A DNA stretch of 64,000 nt from Mycoplasma sp. CAG:877. GTDB taxonomy: Bacteria; Bacillota_I; Bacilli_A; RF39; UBA660. Below are positions 39,991-49,910 of this stretch, piece after piece. How positions within the stretch are numbered: position 1 is the stretch's first letter; each line of letters opens with the position of its first letter. The stretch lies in the NCBI GenBank assembly GCA_000433455.1, contig HF992498.1, positions 49,922 to 113,921 of the forward strand, in the 5' to 3' direction. The position numbers and the translations under genes were made by a program. The notes below the pieces were generated by a model. It had not been told where the DNA came from, made no database searches, and saw only the letters and a list, made by a program, of their open reading frames with translations.

Positions 39991-40072
39991 ATTAAGTATT
40001 CCCTATTTTTATTTTATTCAAGTTTCCTTGACATATTCATCGTATCATAAACATCTAAACTTTACAAGACTA

Positions 40073-40600
40073 TTATTTTAAATAAAGTAAAGTGTTTTTA
40101 GTACTATTACCAAGAGTATCAGAATAATCAACTTCTCTTAATTTCTTAAAACCAGACTTTAAACACATATTAATAGAACTATCATTAGTACTTTGTACAT
40201 TCGCAATGACCATATCAAATTTTGAAAGTAAATACTTACTAATATATTTAACTACTCTAGTTCCAATTCCTAATCCATAAAAAGAACTATCCCCAATAAA
40301 AATATCTATTGAAACTACATCATCTAATAAAATACCAAAACGCTCTCTATCTTCTTCATCCATTTTCTCATACTGAACAAGTCCAATCTCCCTATCCTTG
40401 TAAACAATTATAAAAGGCTTTACTTCTTCATTACCTACTCTCCTCTTATATTTACTTACAACCTCATCATAACTTAAAATTCTCTGTTCAAAATACTTAT
40501 AAACACTAGGACTTAAACACCAATTATAAAGTCTCTTATATTCCTCTTCATTATCAACAATATCTCTTAAATAAATATCTTCATCTACATAAAGTCTCAT
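40073..40600 (-). CDS. GNAT family N-acetyltransferase (AAC(6')-like layout)
   Basis: ..IDIFIGDSSFYGLGIGTRVVKYI.. is the acetyl-CoA motif. ATG 40600 (MRLYVDE) lies behind GGTGA. Confidence 0.65.
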   Translation of the reverse strand: MRLYVDEDIYLRDIVDNEEEYKRLYNWCLSPSVYKYFEQRILSYDEVVSKYKRRVGNEEVKPFIIVYKDREIGLVQYEKMDEEDRERFGILLDDVVSIDIFIGDSSFYGLGIGTRVVKYISKYLLSKFDMVIANVQSTNDSSINMCLKSGFKKLREVDYSDTLGNSTKNTLLYLK

Positions 40601-40681
40601 TACAATCACCAACTTAATTATATAAAAACTAAAACTAAATCGCAGACAAAAAAAGAACCAACATAAATTGGTCCTTTATTT

Positions 40682-43108
40682 TTATTCATCTCTTAGACTT
40701 GCTCCACATTTCTTACCAAGTATTTCCATAATTACATCCATTGTCGAATTAATCTCTTCAGATGTTAAAGTAACATCACCATTACCTAGTAATACTCTTA
40801 ACATAACAGACTTCTTACCCTCTGGTACTTGATTACCCCTATACTCTTCAATAAACTTAACTTCTTTAACTTTATTTTTAATCGCAGTTGAAATACTTCT
40901 CCAAGTAACATCTTCATTAACTAAAATTGATAAATCTTTTTCAACTAATGGAACTTGTGATAAATGTGTAAATTTATTATCACGTGAAGCATTAGGTACT
41001 AATAATCCTGTATCTAATTCAAATACTGCTACATTAGTACGTTTAATCTTAGCCTCACTCATTGTCCTAATTGAAACTAATCCAAGTTTACCAACAACTT
41101 CTTGTCCAAGTAAAATATCCATATAAACATTTACATCAGCCCAACTTGGTTTTTCCTTACTAACCTCAAGTCTAATCTTCTCCATTTGTGTATATCCAGC
41201 CATCTTCTCTAAAACACCTTTTAATTCATAAAATATACGACTAGGATCTTTACCAACAATACATCCAGTCAATAACATCTTATGTATTGGTAAAGTCTCA
41301 TCTTCAGAAGATTCATGATATACACCCTTTTCAAATACTTGAGCCATTTCAAATAATCTGAAATAATCATAGTATCTTAAATTCTTAGAAATTGCTTCTA
41401 ACATACCAGGAACAAGTGAACTTCTTAAATATGCTTCCTCTGGTGATGGTGGAGTTGCTAGTTTAACTGAATTTTCTTTATTAATACCAGCAGCATTAAT
41501 ATACTTCTCATCTATCCAAGGATATGTAAATATTTCATTAAATCCACATCTATAAGCTAAGTATTCTCTTAATCTACGTTCAAGAGATTCTTTTCTTTGT
41601 AATACTGCATGCTCAAATGTAATAGTTAATGGTTTAGCTTCGAAACTTTCAAAACTTAAAAGTCTTGCTATATCACCCATTACATCATCTTTTAAATAAA
41701 CATCTCCTGTAGATCTCCATACTGGAACCACCACATGATAAATTCCATCTTTATATGTAACATCATATCCTAAATTTTTAAGAACTCTCTCAATTGTCTC
41801 TCTTCCTAATACTTTTCCTAATCTAACATTTAAGAACTCTTCAGGAACATCAATCTTTTCTCTTTCTGTCTTTATAGGATATACATCATTAAATGCTACT
41901 ACTTTACTTTCTGGGAATAATTCTTTGAATAACTCCAATGCTAAAGCTAACCCTTGATCTACTCTTTCAGTATCAATATTCTTCTCATATCTAATAGATG
42001 CATCAGTCTTTTCATCAAATCTCTTACCAGTTTTTCTAATAGTACCAGCTGTAAAATTAGCAACTTCTAATACAACACCAGTTGTCTCTGGTAAAATAGA
42101 ATCTTTCTTACCACCACGAATACCAGCAAGTGCCATAGCATCTTCTGTATCACAAATTACTAAGTCATCTTCTGTTAAAGTAATAGAATTGTTATCAAGT
42201 AATAATAACTCTTCATTTTTCTTAGCATTTCTAACTACAATCTTTTCTCCAACTACATGAGTTCTATCGAATGCATGTAAAGGTTGTCCTACAGCCATCA
42301 TTACATAATTAGTAATATCAACAATTGCACTAATTGGTCTCATACCACCATTAATTAAAGCAGCCTTCATCCACATAGGTGATTCTTTATCATATACATT
42401 TTCAATCTCAACTGCTGCATATCTATTACATTTTTCAGGTTCTTTTATTTCAACTTTATATTTAGGAAGTTTTGGATCAATCTTAGCAACTGGTAACTCT
42501 TTTAATGGTACATTATATATTGCTGATAATTCTCTTGCTATACCATAATGTCCCCATAAATCAGGTCTATTTGTTAAAGACTTATTATCTATTTCTAAAA
42601 CAACATCATCCATACAAATAACATCTGCAATATTTTGTCCAACTTTGCACTCATATCCTTTTAAATCAACTATTTCATCTTCACTCTTAGGTGGAAATAA
42701 TTGTTCTAGATAAACTTCAGTTGCTCCACAAATCATACCATATGATGAAACACCTCTCATATTAGATTCTTTAATCTTAACTAGACTAGCTTCACCATGC
42801 CAATAAACTTCAGCTCCAGGTTTTGATATAACTACATATTCTCCAACATATAAATTACATCCACCACATACGATTTGTACTGGCTTTTCTTCACCAATAT
42901 CAACCATACATACTTTTAATTTATCTGCATTAGGATGTTCATTAACTTCTAATATTTTACCAACAACAATATCATGAAATTTTTCTTTTGTATTTTCAAC
43001 AGACTCAACTTCAACAGTTCTTAAAGTTAAATCATAAGCTATTTGTTTTTCTGTTACTTCTTTTGGTAAATCAACATATTTTTTTACCCAATTTAATGAT
43101 ACTTTCAT
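40682..43108 (-). CDS. pheT: Phenylalanine--tRNA ligase beta subunit
   Basis: MKVSLNWVKKYVDL.. with tRNA-binding, B3/4, B5 and anticodon-binding-like regions. It directly follows pheS. Confidence 0.9.
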   Translation of the reverse strand: MKVSLNWVKKYVDLPKEVTEKQIAYDLTLRTVEVESVENTKEKFHDIVVGKILEVNEHPNADKLKVCMVDIGEEKPVQIVCGGCNLYVGEYVVISKPGAEVYWHGEASLVKIKESNMRGVSSYGMICGATEVYLEQLFPPKSEDEIVDLKGYECKVGQNIADVICMDDVVLEIDNKSLTNRPDLWGHYGIARELSAIYNVPLKELPVAKIDPKLPKYKVEIKEPEKCNRYAAVEIENVYDKESPMWMKAALINGGMRPISAIVDITNYVMMAVGQPLHAFDRTHVVGEKIVVRNAKKNEELLLLDNNSITLTEDDLVICDTEDAMALAGIRGGKKDSILPETTGVVLEVANFTAGTIRKTGKRFDEKTDASIRYEKNIDTERVDQGLALALELFKELFPESKVVAFNDVYPIKTEREKIDVPEEFLNVRLGKVLGRETIERVLKNLGYDVTYKDGIYHVVVPVWRSTGDVYLKDDVMGDIARLLSFESFEAKPLTITFEHAVLQRKESLERRLREYLAYRCGFNEIFTYPWIDEKYINAAGINKENSVKLATPPSPEEAYLRSSLVPGMLEAISKNLRYYDYFRLFEMAQVFEKGVYHESSEDETLPIHKMLLTGCIVGKDPSRIFYELKGVLEKMAGYTQMEKIRLEVSKEKPSWADVNVYMDILLGQEVVGKLGLVSIRTMSEAKIKRTNVAVFELDTGLLVPNASRDNKFTHLSQVPLVEKDLSILVNEDVTWRSISTAIKNKVKEVKFIEEYRGNQVPEGKKSVMLRVLLGNGDVTLTSEEINSTMDVIMEILGKKCGASLRDE

Positions 43109-43121
43109 CTTCTAAAACCTC

Positions 43122-44159
43122 CTATTTAAATTGCTCCAAGAATCTTAAATCTCCACTATGGAATAATCTAACATCATCTACTCCATAACGCATCATAACT
43201 AATCTATCTAATCCTATATTGATATAGAATCCTGTCCACTCTTCTGGATCTAAGTTAGCAGACTTTAATACATTTGGATGAATTACTCCACCTGGCATAA
43301 CTTCTATCCAACCATTGTGATTACATACTTTACAACCTTTACCACCACATACTAAACATTCCATATCTATTTCATAACCAGGCTCAGTAAATGGGAAGAA
43401 TCCCTCTCTCATACGAACATTGATTTTTCTACCAAATACTTTCTCTAAAATAGTTTGAATCATAACCATACCAGATGAGAATGAAATATCTTTGTCAACT
43501 ATTAAAGCTTCATATTGGAAGAAAGCTCTCTCATGTCTAGCATCAGTAGTTTCATTTCTATAAACTCTACCAGGATATACGAATCTAGCAGGAGCTCCAT
43601 GCTCTAATAAGTATCTAACAGACCCACCTGTTAAATGTGGTCTTAAACATAAACGTTCATTTCCAGCTTTATCTTCAGTTCCATCCAACCAGAATGTATC
43701 CATAGATTGACGAGCAGGATGATCAGCAGGGAAATTTAAATTATCAAAAGCATACTTCTCACTACTAATATCATCTTCACTATAAACTTCAAATCCAAGT
43801 GATAAGAACGCATCATTTAAGTCATAACACATTTGTGTAATTGGATGAAGTGCACCACCTTCAACTTCAATACCTGGTAAAGTTAAATCTAAAGGTTTAT
43901 CAACAACACTTTTAGCATTAATTAATTCATCTTCTTTTTCTTTTAACTTATCAGCAAATAACTTCTTAATCTCTGTAGCTTGCATACCAATAGTCTTCTT
44001 CATCTCTACTGATAATTCACTAAGAGATTTTAAAGCCTCAGTCAATTCACTTTTCTTACCAGTAATCTCTCTAGTAACTTCTTGTAAATCCTCTAATTTT
44101 TTTACTTCTTCAATTTTCTTTAATCCTTTACTTCTGATTTCTTCTAATTTTTCTTTCAT
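43122..44159 (-). CDS. pheS: Phenylalanine--tRNA ligase alpha subunit
   Basis: Class II motifs: ..HPARQSMDTFW.., FFPFTEPG, GLDRLVMMRYG. Confidence 0.9.
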   Translation of the reverse strand: MKEKLEEIRSKGLKKIEEVKKLEDLQEVTREITGKKSELTEALKSLSELSVEMKKTIGMQATEIKKLFADKLKEKEDELINAKSVVDKPLDLTLPGIEVEGGALHPITQMCYDLNDAFLSLGFEVYSEDDISSEKYAFDNLNFPADHPARQSMDTFWLDGTEDKAGNERLCLRPHLTGGSVRYLLEHGAPARFVYPGRVYRNETTDARHERAFFQYEALIVDKDISFSSGMVMIQTILEKVFGRKINVRMREGFFPFTEPGYEIDMECLVCGGKGCKVCNHNGWIEVMPGGVIHPNVLKSANLDPEEWTGFYINIGLDRLVMMRYGVDDVRLFHSGDLRFLEQFK

Positions 44160-44182
44160 ATTGCATCCCTCTCTTTATAATA

Positions 44183-44405
44183 AAAAAATAGTGATCATCC
44201 ATAAAAAGGACGAATCACTATTAAATCCGCGGTACCACCTTTGTTCTAATTACTTAGCACTCTATAGAATAACGCTCATCACGATTTGACTCCATTATTG
44301 AAATTCATTACTTAGACTCTCTAAAATGGCTCTCAGTTGCTAACCATTATTCCCTGTATAGAATTCTAAATAACTACTTAGATAATTTCTTCATCAACGA
44401 AATTA
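44183..44405 (-). promoter_or_regulatory. T-box leader (Phe specifier) with terminator/antiterminator
   Basis: The minus strand has an AGAGAG box, a specifier region GAAUUUCAA (UUC at 44302-44300 followed by A), and the T-box sequence AAAGGTGGTACCGCGG (44227-44242). A 13-bp terminator stem plus TTTTTTT lies at 44183-44222. Confidence 0.8.
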
Positions 44406-44410
44406 CTTAA

Positions 44411-44439
44411 ATAATAACACCAAAATTAGTACTTGTCAA
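44411..44439 (-). promoter_or_regulatory. SigmaA-type promoter of the pheST leader
   Basis: On the minus strand: TTGACA (44434-44439), a 17-nt spacer, then TATTAT (44411-44416). Confidence 0.6.
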
Positions 44440-44523
44440 ATTTTTTTTAAATATTATTGTTCAAATAATAAATCAATATTAAACAAATACAAGTAGTCTT
44501 TAAAGTTTAAATACTCAAAATGT

Positions 44524-45831
44524 TTATTCTACTTTACTACTGATTTCTTTACTATTTTTTTCTAACTCTTCAAACATCTTACTCATTGTTGGATTATTAT
44601 GTGTCAATTTTTTTATAGTTAAATCTTCTGCTTTATTATTAGCCAATCTTAAATTATCATTAGTCTTTAATAAATGTTCTTTTGTCTTTTGTAAATGATC
44701 AATTGTCTTATCAATTTCCTCTATTGCTTTTTGAAATCTTTCTGCCGCTAGTCTATAGTTTCTACCAAAACCTTCTTTAAATGTATTAATATTCTCTTCA
44801 AAATGTGTAATATCTATATTTTGATTCTTAATAGTTTCTAGTTCTTTTCTATATTCTAATGACTTATTCGCAAGATTTCTAATTAATGTTATTAAAGGTA
44901 TAAAAAACTGCGGTCTAATAACATACATCTTATCATATAAATGTGATACATCTACAATACCATCATTATAGTAATCATTATCTGCCTCTAATAATGAAAC
45001 AAGTACTGCATACTCACACTTCTTCTCTTTTCTATCTTTATCAAGTTCCTTAAAGAAATCTTCATTCTTATGTTTAGTCGCTGTCATATCAGCTTCATTC
45101 TTCATCTCAAACATAATAGAAACAATCTCATTACCATCATCATCGTAATCTCTAAATATAAAATCTCCCTTAGATCCAGTTCTAGCATCATTATCTTTTT
45201 CAAAATAAGCATTCTTAAATAATGGTCTTAATCTATTAAACTCTACATTACAATGTTGTTCTAAAGATTCCCCAATCATCTTTGTAGACTGTTTGGCCTT
45301 AAAATCTTTATAATATGCAATTTGATCATCTTTATCTTTTAACTTATTTTCATATGATTCTTTTATCGTAGTTTCTTTCAACTCGAATTCTTTACTCTTA
45401 AGAGCAAGTTCACTACTTAAATCCGATATTTTCTGATTCTTTTCAGATACAGCCTTTTGTATATCTAACTCACTCTTAGACTCTTGTAACTGCATCTTAC
45501 TCTTTAACTCTGTTATTTGTAACTGTAATTTATTTATCTGTTCTTGATACTCTTTTTCAACTTTATTTATGGTTTTCTCTTCATTTACTTTTAATGATAA
45601 TTTTAACTCACTAATTTCTAAATCTTTTTTATTAAGTTCTTGTCCTAACTCTTCTTTAATATGTGCTTCTGCCAACTTAACAGCATTTTCTCTATCTACT
45701 TTATGCTGTTCTTCTCTAGAACTTATTTCCTTATCAAATTCTTTATCTCTAATCTGTTTAACAATAGAATCATAATCTGCCTCATCTATTTGAAAAACAG
45801 TACCACACTTCGGACATTTTATTTCATTCAT
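44524..45831 (-). CDS. DUF2130-like protein (N-terminal zinc ribbon, long coiled coil, C-terminal nuclease-like domain)
   Basis: MNEIKCPKCGTVFQIDEADYDSIV.., then an ~150-aa coiled coil, then a ..GDFIFRDYDDDGNEIVSIMFEMKNE.. block. Confidence 0.55.
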   Translation of the reverse strand: MNEIKCPKCGTVFQIDEADYDSIVKQIRDKEFDKEISSREEQHKVDRENAVKLAEAHIKEELGQELNKKDLEISELKLSLKVNEEKTINKVEKEYQEQINKLQLQITELKSKMQLQESKSELDIQKAVSEKNQKISDLSSELALKSKEFELKETTIKESYENKLKDKDDQIAYYKDFKAKQSTKMIGESLEQHCNVEFNRLRPLFKNAYFEKDNDARTGSKGDFIFRDYDDDGNEIVSIMFEMKNEADMTATKHKNEDFFKELDKDRKEKKCEYAVLVSLLEADNDYYNDGIVDVSHLYDKMYVIRPQFFIPLITLIRNLANKSLEYRKELETIKNQNIDITHFEENINTFKEGFGRNYRLAAERFQKAIEEIDKTIDHLQKTKEHLLKTNDNLRLANNKAEDLTIKKLTHNNPTMSKMFEELEKNSKEISSKVE

Positions 45832-45852
45832 CTTATTTCCTCCTCAAGTAAA

Positions 45853-46299
45853 TTATTTATCTTCATCAATTGTTATAATTTCTTTTCCTAAACCAGAACC
45901 ATATTTTTTATAATCATTTAATAATTGTTCAACTATTGGTCTAGACACAACATCTAAATCAACTAATTTATTAATATCAATAAACATCGGTTTTTGTAAA
46001 CCACCAACTCTATTGATATCATACTCATTAGCGTCCCCACTACCAATCTTTCCAGATATTCTTTCTATTAAAAAGAAATGTTGCAAAAAGTCTTTTCCTT
46101 TAACTTCATATAATTGCTTAATAATATTAATTTTTATTCCTAACTCTTCTCTACATTCTCTAATTAAACATTCTTCATTAGTCTCACCATCTTCAACTCC
46201 ACCACCCGGAAAAACATAATAAATCCTATCATTCTTCTCTCTATAAATTAATAATACTTTGTCATTTTCAATTAACACACATCTACTAGAAACCCTCAT
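45853..46299 (-). CDS. NUDIX hydrolase
   Basis: Nudix box GGGVEDGETNEECLIRECREELGI. ATG 46299 lies behind GGAGGT. Confidence 0.8.
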   Translation of the reverse strand: MRVSSRCVLIENDKVLLIYREKNDRIYYVFPGGGVEDGETNEECLIRECREELGIKINIIKQLYEVKGKDFLQHFFLIERISGKIGSGDANEYDINRVGGLQKPMFIDINKLVDLDVVSRPIVEQLLNDYKKYGSGLGKEIITIDEDK

Positions 46300-46352
46300 A
46301 CATACCTCCACTATAATTATATCAAAAAAGAATCTAATTTAGATTCTCAATT

Positions 46353-47081
46353 TTAATTACCAATTTTATCTCTAATCTCATTAATCTGGTTTTCTACTTC
46401 CTCTTTCATTTGATTATAATCATCTATATCTGTCTCTGAAGAAGCAACACTATTATCAGTATCAATATCTGCAATAATAAATTTATTCACATAACCTTTA
46501 CTATCATAATCAAGCGATACATCATAATCTTTTCTAGAACTTAAACTATCTCTAATCTTTTTAATCTCAGTTTCCTCAGCAGTTGTAACATCTTTATAAA
46601 CAACTATAATTGCATGTTCTTTATTTGTCTTATTATTAGTAACAATATCATCAAGACTACCAATCAAAAAGAAACCAGATCTTCTGCCAGAATTATTCTC
46701 ATATGGCATATTAAAAGACTTAATCTCAAAGCGATTATCAGTAGAATGATTATCAGTAGAATGATCAGCATAAAAATCATTATAGATATTATACCCAATA
46801 AAGCAAAAGACTAAAAAGAAAATTATCACAAATATAATACTCATAATCTTTGAAGATTTAGAAATAGGATTATTTTTCATAAAATCCTTAGCTCGTTCAA
46901 GATTCTTTTCATATTGCTCATCTTGTGCTTTCAATACACCCTTAGTATATTTATACCCTTGAGTATAAGCATCATCAATAGAAAAAGTCGTATCACAGAA
47001 CTTACAAGTAACTTGAGTAGTTCCTTCTTCAACCTCTAATTTAGCCCCACAGTTTTTACATTTTAACTCTACAAATTTCAT
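46353..47081 (-). CDS. Zinc-ribbon membrane protein, hypothetical
   Basis: MKFVELKCKNCGAKLEV..CKFCDTTF, then one TM segment and an acidic C-terminus. ATG 47081 lies behind AGGTGA. Confidence 0.5.
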   Translation of the reverse strand: MKFVELKCKNCGAKLEVEEGTTQVTCKFCDTTFSIDDAYTQGYKYTKGVLKAQDEQYEKNLERAKDFMKNNPISKSSKIMSIIFVIIFFLVFCFIGYNIYNDFYADHSTDNHSTDNRFEIKSFNMPYENNSGRRSGFFLIGSLDDIVTNNKTNKEHAIIVVYKDVTTAEETEIKKIRDSLSSRKDYDVSLDYDSKGYVNKFIIADIDTDNSVASSETDIDDYNQMKEEVENQINEIRDKIGN

Positions 47082-47441
47082 AATTTCACCTAACCAAATT
47101 ATAGCATGAATCAAATCTATTAGTAAATTGGTTTTTGATATAAAATTAAACAGGATAAGATCATTTAGAACCCTCCAAACAAAACCCCTGATTTTTCAAC
47201 AGCTAATGCTCTAACAATATCATCGGAAATCTCCCAGATGCAGGAACTATAACATAGTTTCCTTGGCGATAAAAAGGCCCATTTTGATGAGCAACAAAAG
47301 TATCAAAAGTGCTAATTATAGACTGATATTTGGTCTAAAGAATACCATACAAAACAATTGAAGTCCAGCATTAACTAGGCCCACATTTAAATAGCCATTT
47401 TCTTTTGAAAATATACTTTTATTACTTAATTGTACTTATTT

Positions 47442-48564
47442 GTGCACTTTAAATTGATTCAACGATATAAAGATCCTAAGCCTACTAAAAATGGTAGAGC
47501 TTGATATTTTAAGTTTAGCTATAAAGATATATTTGGTGCTACTAAACAATATAGATCTAAAAGATATTTAACTAAAAAGGAAGCATCTGATGCAGAAAAA
47601 ATGTTTTAGTTACTTCTACTGATAAAGTTGAAGATAACAATATGACATTTAAGGATTTATATGATGAATTTAGAATGCATAACGATGAAATAATGAAAGA
47701 TACTACTAAGTACGGTTATGATAATAAAGAAGAATTTATAGAATGCTTCTATCCTGTTAAAGTAAAAGATTTTAATATTATGCAATTTGAACAATGGAAA
47801 CGAGAAATAAATAAACTTAATATATCTCTTAGATATAAAAATGATATTTATAAATTTCTTAAATCTATTTTAAATTTTGGAGTTAAATGGCATAACTTAA
47901 ATTTTCAGGCAGTATATAATAAGATGACGAAGTTTCAAGATCCTAACGAACGTAGAAAAGAAATGACTTATTATACTTATGATGAATTTAAAAAGTTTAT
48001 TTCTAATGAAGAAGACTTAAGATGGAAATGTGTATTTGAAATACTATATTATTGTGGACTACGTAAAGGAAAATTAAAAGGCCTTACTTGGAAAGATATT
48101 TATTTTGATAAAAAAGTATTATCAGTTAATAAACAAATAACCCAGCGAAATAACCGTGTTAAATTCGAATTTTCGGATACTAAGACAAGAGATAGTAGAA
48201 GAATAGTTCCTATCACTAAAGTCTTGTTAAATGACCTTAAAATGCTTTATGAACAGAATAAAAAAGAGTATTACGGATTTAATGATGATTTCTTTGTTGT
48301 ATTTGATGCTAAACCTATAGCTGATTCTAATATATATCTAAGAAGAACTAAATTAGCAACACTTGCAGGTTTAAAAGTTATTAGGATTCATGACTTTAGA
48401 CATTCGTGTGCATCACTGCTTATTAACAATGGCGCTAATGTTACATTAGTTGCCAAATATTTAGGTCATACAAAAATCGAGGAAACCCTAAATACATATT
48501 CACATATGTTTAGTACCGCCTCGACTCTGTGGTTTCTGTTATAGATAGTTTAGAAGACGACTAA
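47442..48564 (+). pseudogene. Tyrosine recombinase / phage-type integrase, disrupted
   Basis: The N-terminal arm-type region ..RYKDPKPTKNGRA*YFKFSYKDIFG.. has an in-frame TGA at 47502-47504 where Trp is expected. A frameshift in the A6 run at 47596-47601 separates it from the MTFKDLYDEF.. frame. The catalytic region (RIHDFRHSCASLL..GHTKIEETLNTYSH) is intact. A probable third frameshift near 48520 follows (the alternative frame reads RLDSVVSVIDSLEDD*). Confidence 0.7.
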
Positions 48565-48565
48565 G

Positions 48566-49777
48566 CTATTTTTTATATCTAAATTTATGATCTTTTGCCC
48601 ATTTTTCAATTGATGTTTTAGTTTTTTCAAATTCATCATTGTTGATAGTAACTCCTATTAATTGCATTATATATATTCTTATAGAATGACTTAATTTCCA
48701 ATTTGCATAAATATTTTCAAGTTGATAAAATACATTTTTTTCTTCATTCATATTTAAATGTGAAAGATAATGTCTATGTTCTTTTGACTTAAATAAGAAT
48801 ATAGGTGTATTATGTTGATCTCCAGCTAATTTTAAATCTCTTTTAACTAATAATGTACTAATTACTGAATTTTGCAAAAAACAGAACTCAAGTATTTGCC
48901 ATAGATCCATTTTTACGCCTGGATTCATTGTTTTAAATAAACCTTCTAATAACTGAACTAACATGGAATTTTTAATTTCTACATAGAAATCGCCATTCAT
49001 ATTAGTCATTAATAAGTCAAATATTATTTTTGTCTGCTTTCTAAGCTTTTTAAATGCTTTTATTTGTTTTTTTGAAATACTTTGTGGATCAATATAAGAT
49101 AAAATTCCATTTGTGGATGATCTATATATACCTTTTCTTTGAATATATTTTGGTGCATTCTCTATATATAAAACAATTTCTTTCTCATTAAAAATACTTA
49201 TTTGATCAACTCTTGGTATATCTCCTAAATATAAAAAAGTCATTTCAAGAATTGTGTATATGATGTTAGAAAGTTTGTCATATTTATATTTTTTTGAACT
49301 TGATACTGTATAATCTATAATTACCTTATCATTATCAAATAGTCTTTTTATACTTATCTCAATATCTTTATCATATTTAAAATCTACATTTGAAATATAC
49401 AAAGAAAACTTTTTAGGCATAGATGTTCTAAAAACCAATTTATTTGTTTCCACATTTCTTTCATCTGTTATCACATTTTCTAATATATATTCAATTGGAG
49501 CAGTATATATTTTTAATTCATCTTTCAATTTAAAACCAAATATACAATTAAAGCAGCTGTAATACATTCCATTTTCATCGCATAAATATACAGCTTTATT
49601 TGTATTCAATTTTTCTGGAGTCATTACTAATTCTGCACAATTAAGATTAAAAGCACTCTTGAGCACATCAAACGATATAATAAGATTAATAATTCTAGAT
49701 TCTACATCAAATGTTCCTGTCACATCAAAAAAGTTTTCTTTATCAACACTTATTCTTGTAATTTTTCTACTATTCAT
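48566..49777 (-). CDS. ApeA-like single-gene defence candidate (N-terminal ApeA-type domain plus C-terminal HEPN-like Rx4H)
   Basis: 403 aa from ATG 49777 (behind AGAGGGA). The C-terminal helical region carries EHRHYLSH (R-x4-H). No other motif was recognised. Confidence 0.4.
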   Translation of the reverse strand: MNSRKITRISVDKENFFDVTGTFDVESRIINLIISFDVLKSAFNLNCAELVMTPEKLNTNKAVYLCDENGMYYSCFNCIFGFKLKDELKIYTAPIEYILENVITDERNVETNKLVFRTSMPKKFSLYISNVDFKYDKDIEISIKRLFDNDKVIIDYTVSSSKKYKYDKLSNIIYTILEMTFLYLGDIPRVDQISIFNEKEIVLYIENAPKYIQRKGIYRSSTNGILSYIDPQSISKKQIKAFKKLRKQTKIIFDLLMTNMNGDFYVEIKNSMLVQLLEGLFKTMNPGVKMDLWQILEFCFLQNSVISTLLVKRDLKLAGDQHNTPIFLFKSKEHRHYLSHLNMNEEKNVFYQLENIYANWKLSHSIRIYIMQLIGVTINNDEFEKTKTSIEKWAKDHKFRYKK

Positions 49778-49814
49778 ATTTATCCCTCTTTCAATAATTA
49801 CATCACCATTTGTT

Positions 49815-49848
49815 TTAAAAAAGAAAAAGCCTCCAAAATGGAGGCGCA
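49815..49848 (-). terminator. Rho-independent terminator between the antitoxin gene and the ApeA-like gene
   Basis: On the minus strand, GCCTCC-atttt-GGAGGC is followed by TTTTTCTTTTTT. Confidence 0.6.
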
Positions 49849-49910
49849 CTCATCAGAGTGAAATACCACATATAAATGTGCATTAATTAAATGTCTTTAA
49901 TCAATATATA

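Larger units (their letters stand above)
39322..40057. repeat. Tandem direct repeat, two ~360-bp units plus a short third start
   Basis: ttacaagtat recurs at 39341, 39701 and (ttacaagact) ~40051. The 5' two-thirds of the units are near-identical. Differences cluster at 39546-39630 vs 39907-39990. Confidence 0.85.

Noticed and set aside
47502-47504. In-frame TGA at a conserved Trp position of the integrase, raising the idea of genetic code 4 (TGA=Trp)
   Set aside because: TGA clearly terminates normal genes here (for example the GNAT gene ending at 37743, with natural protein lengths throughout). The integrase also has independent frameshifts, so it is simply a pseudogene.
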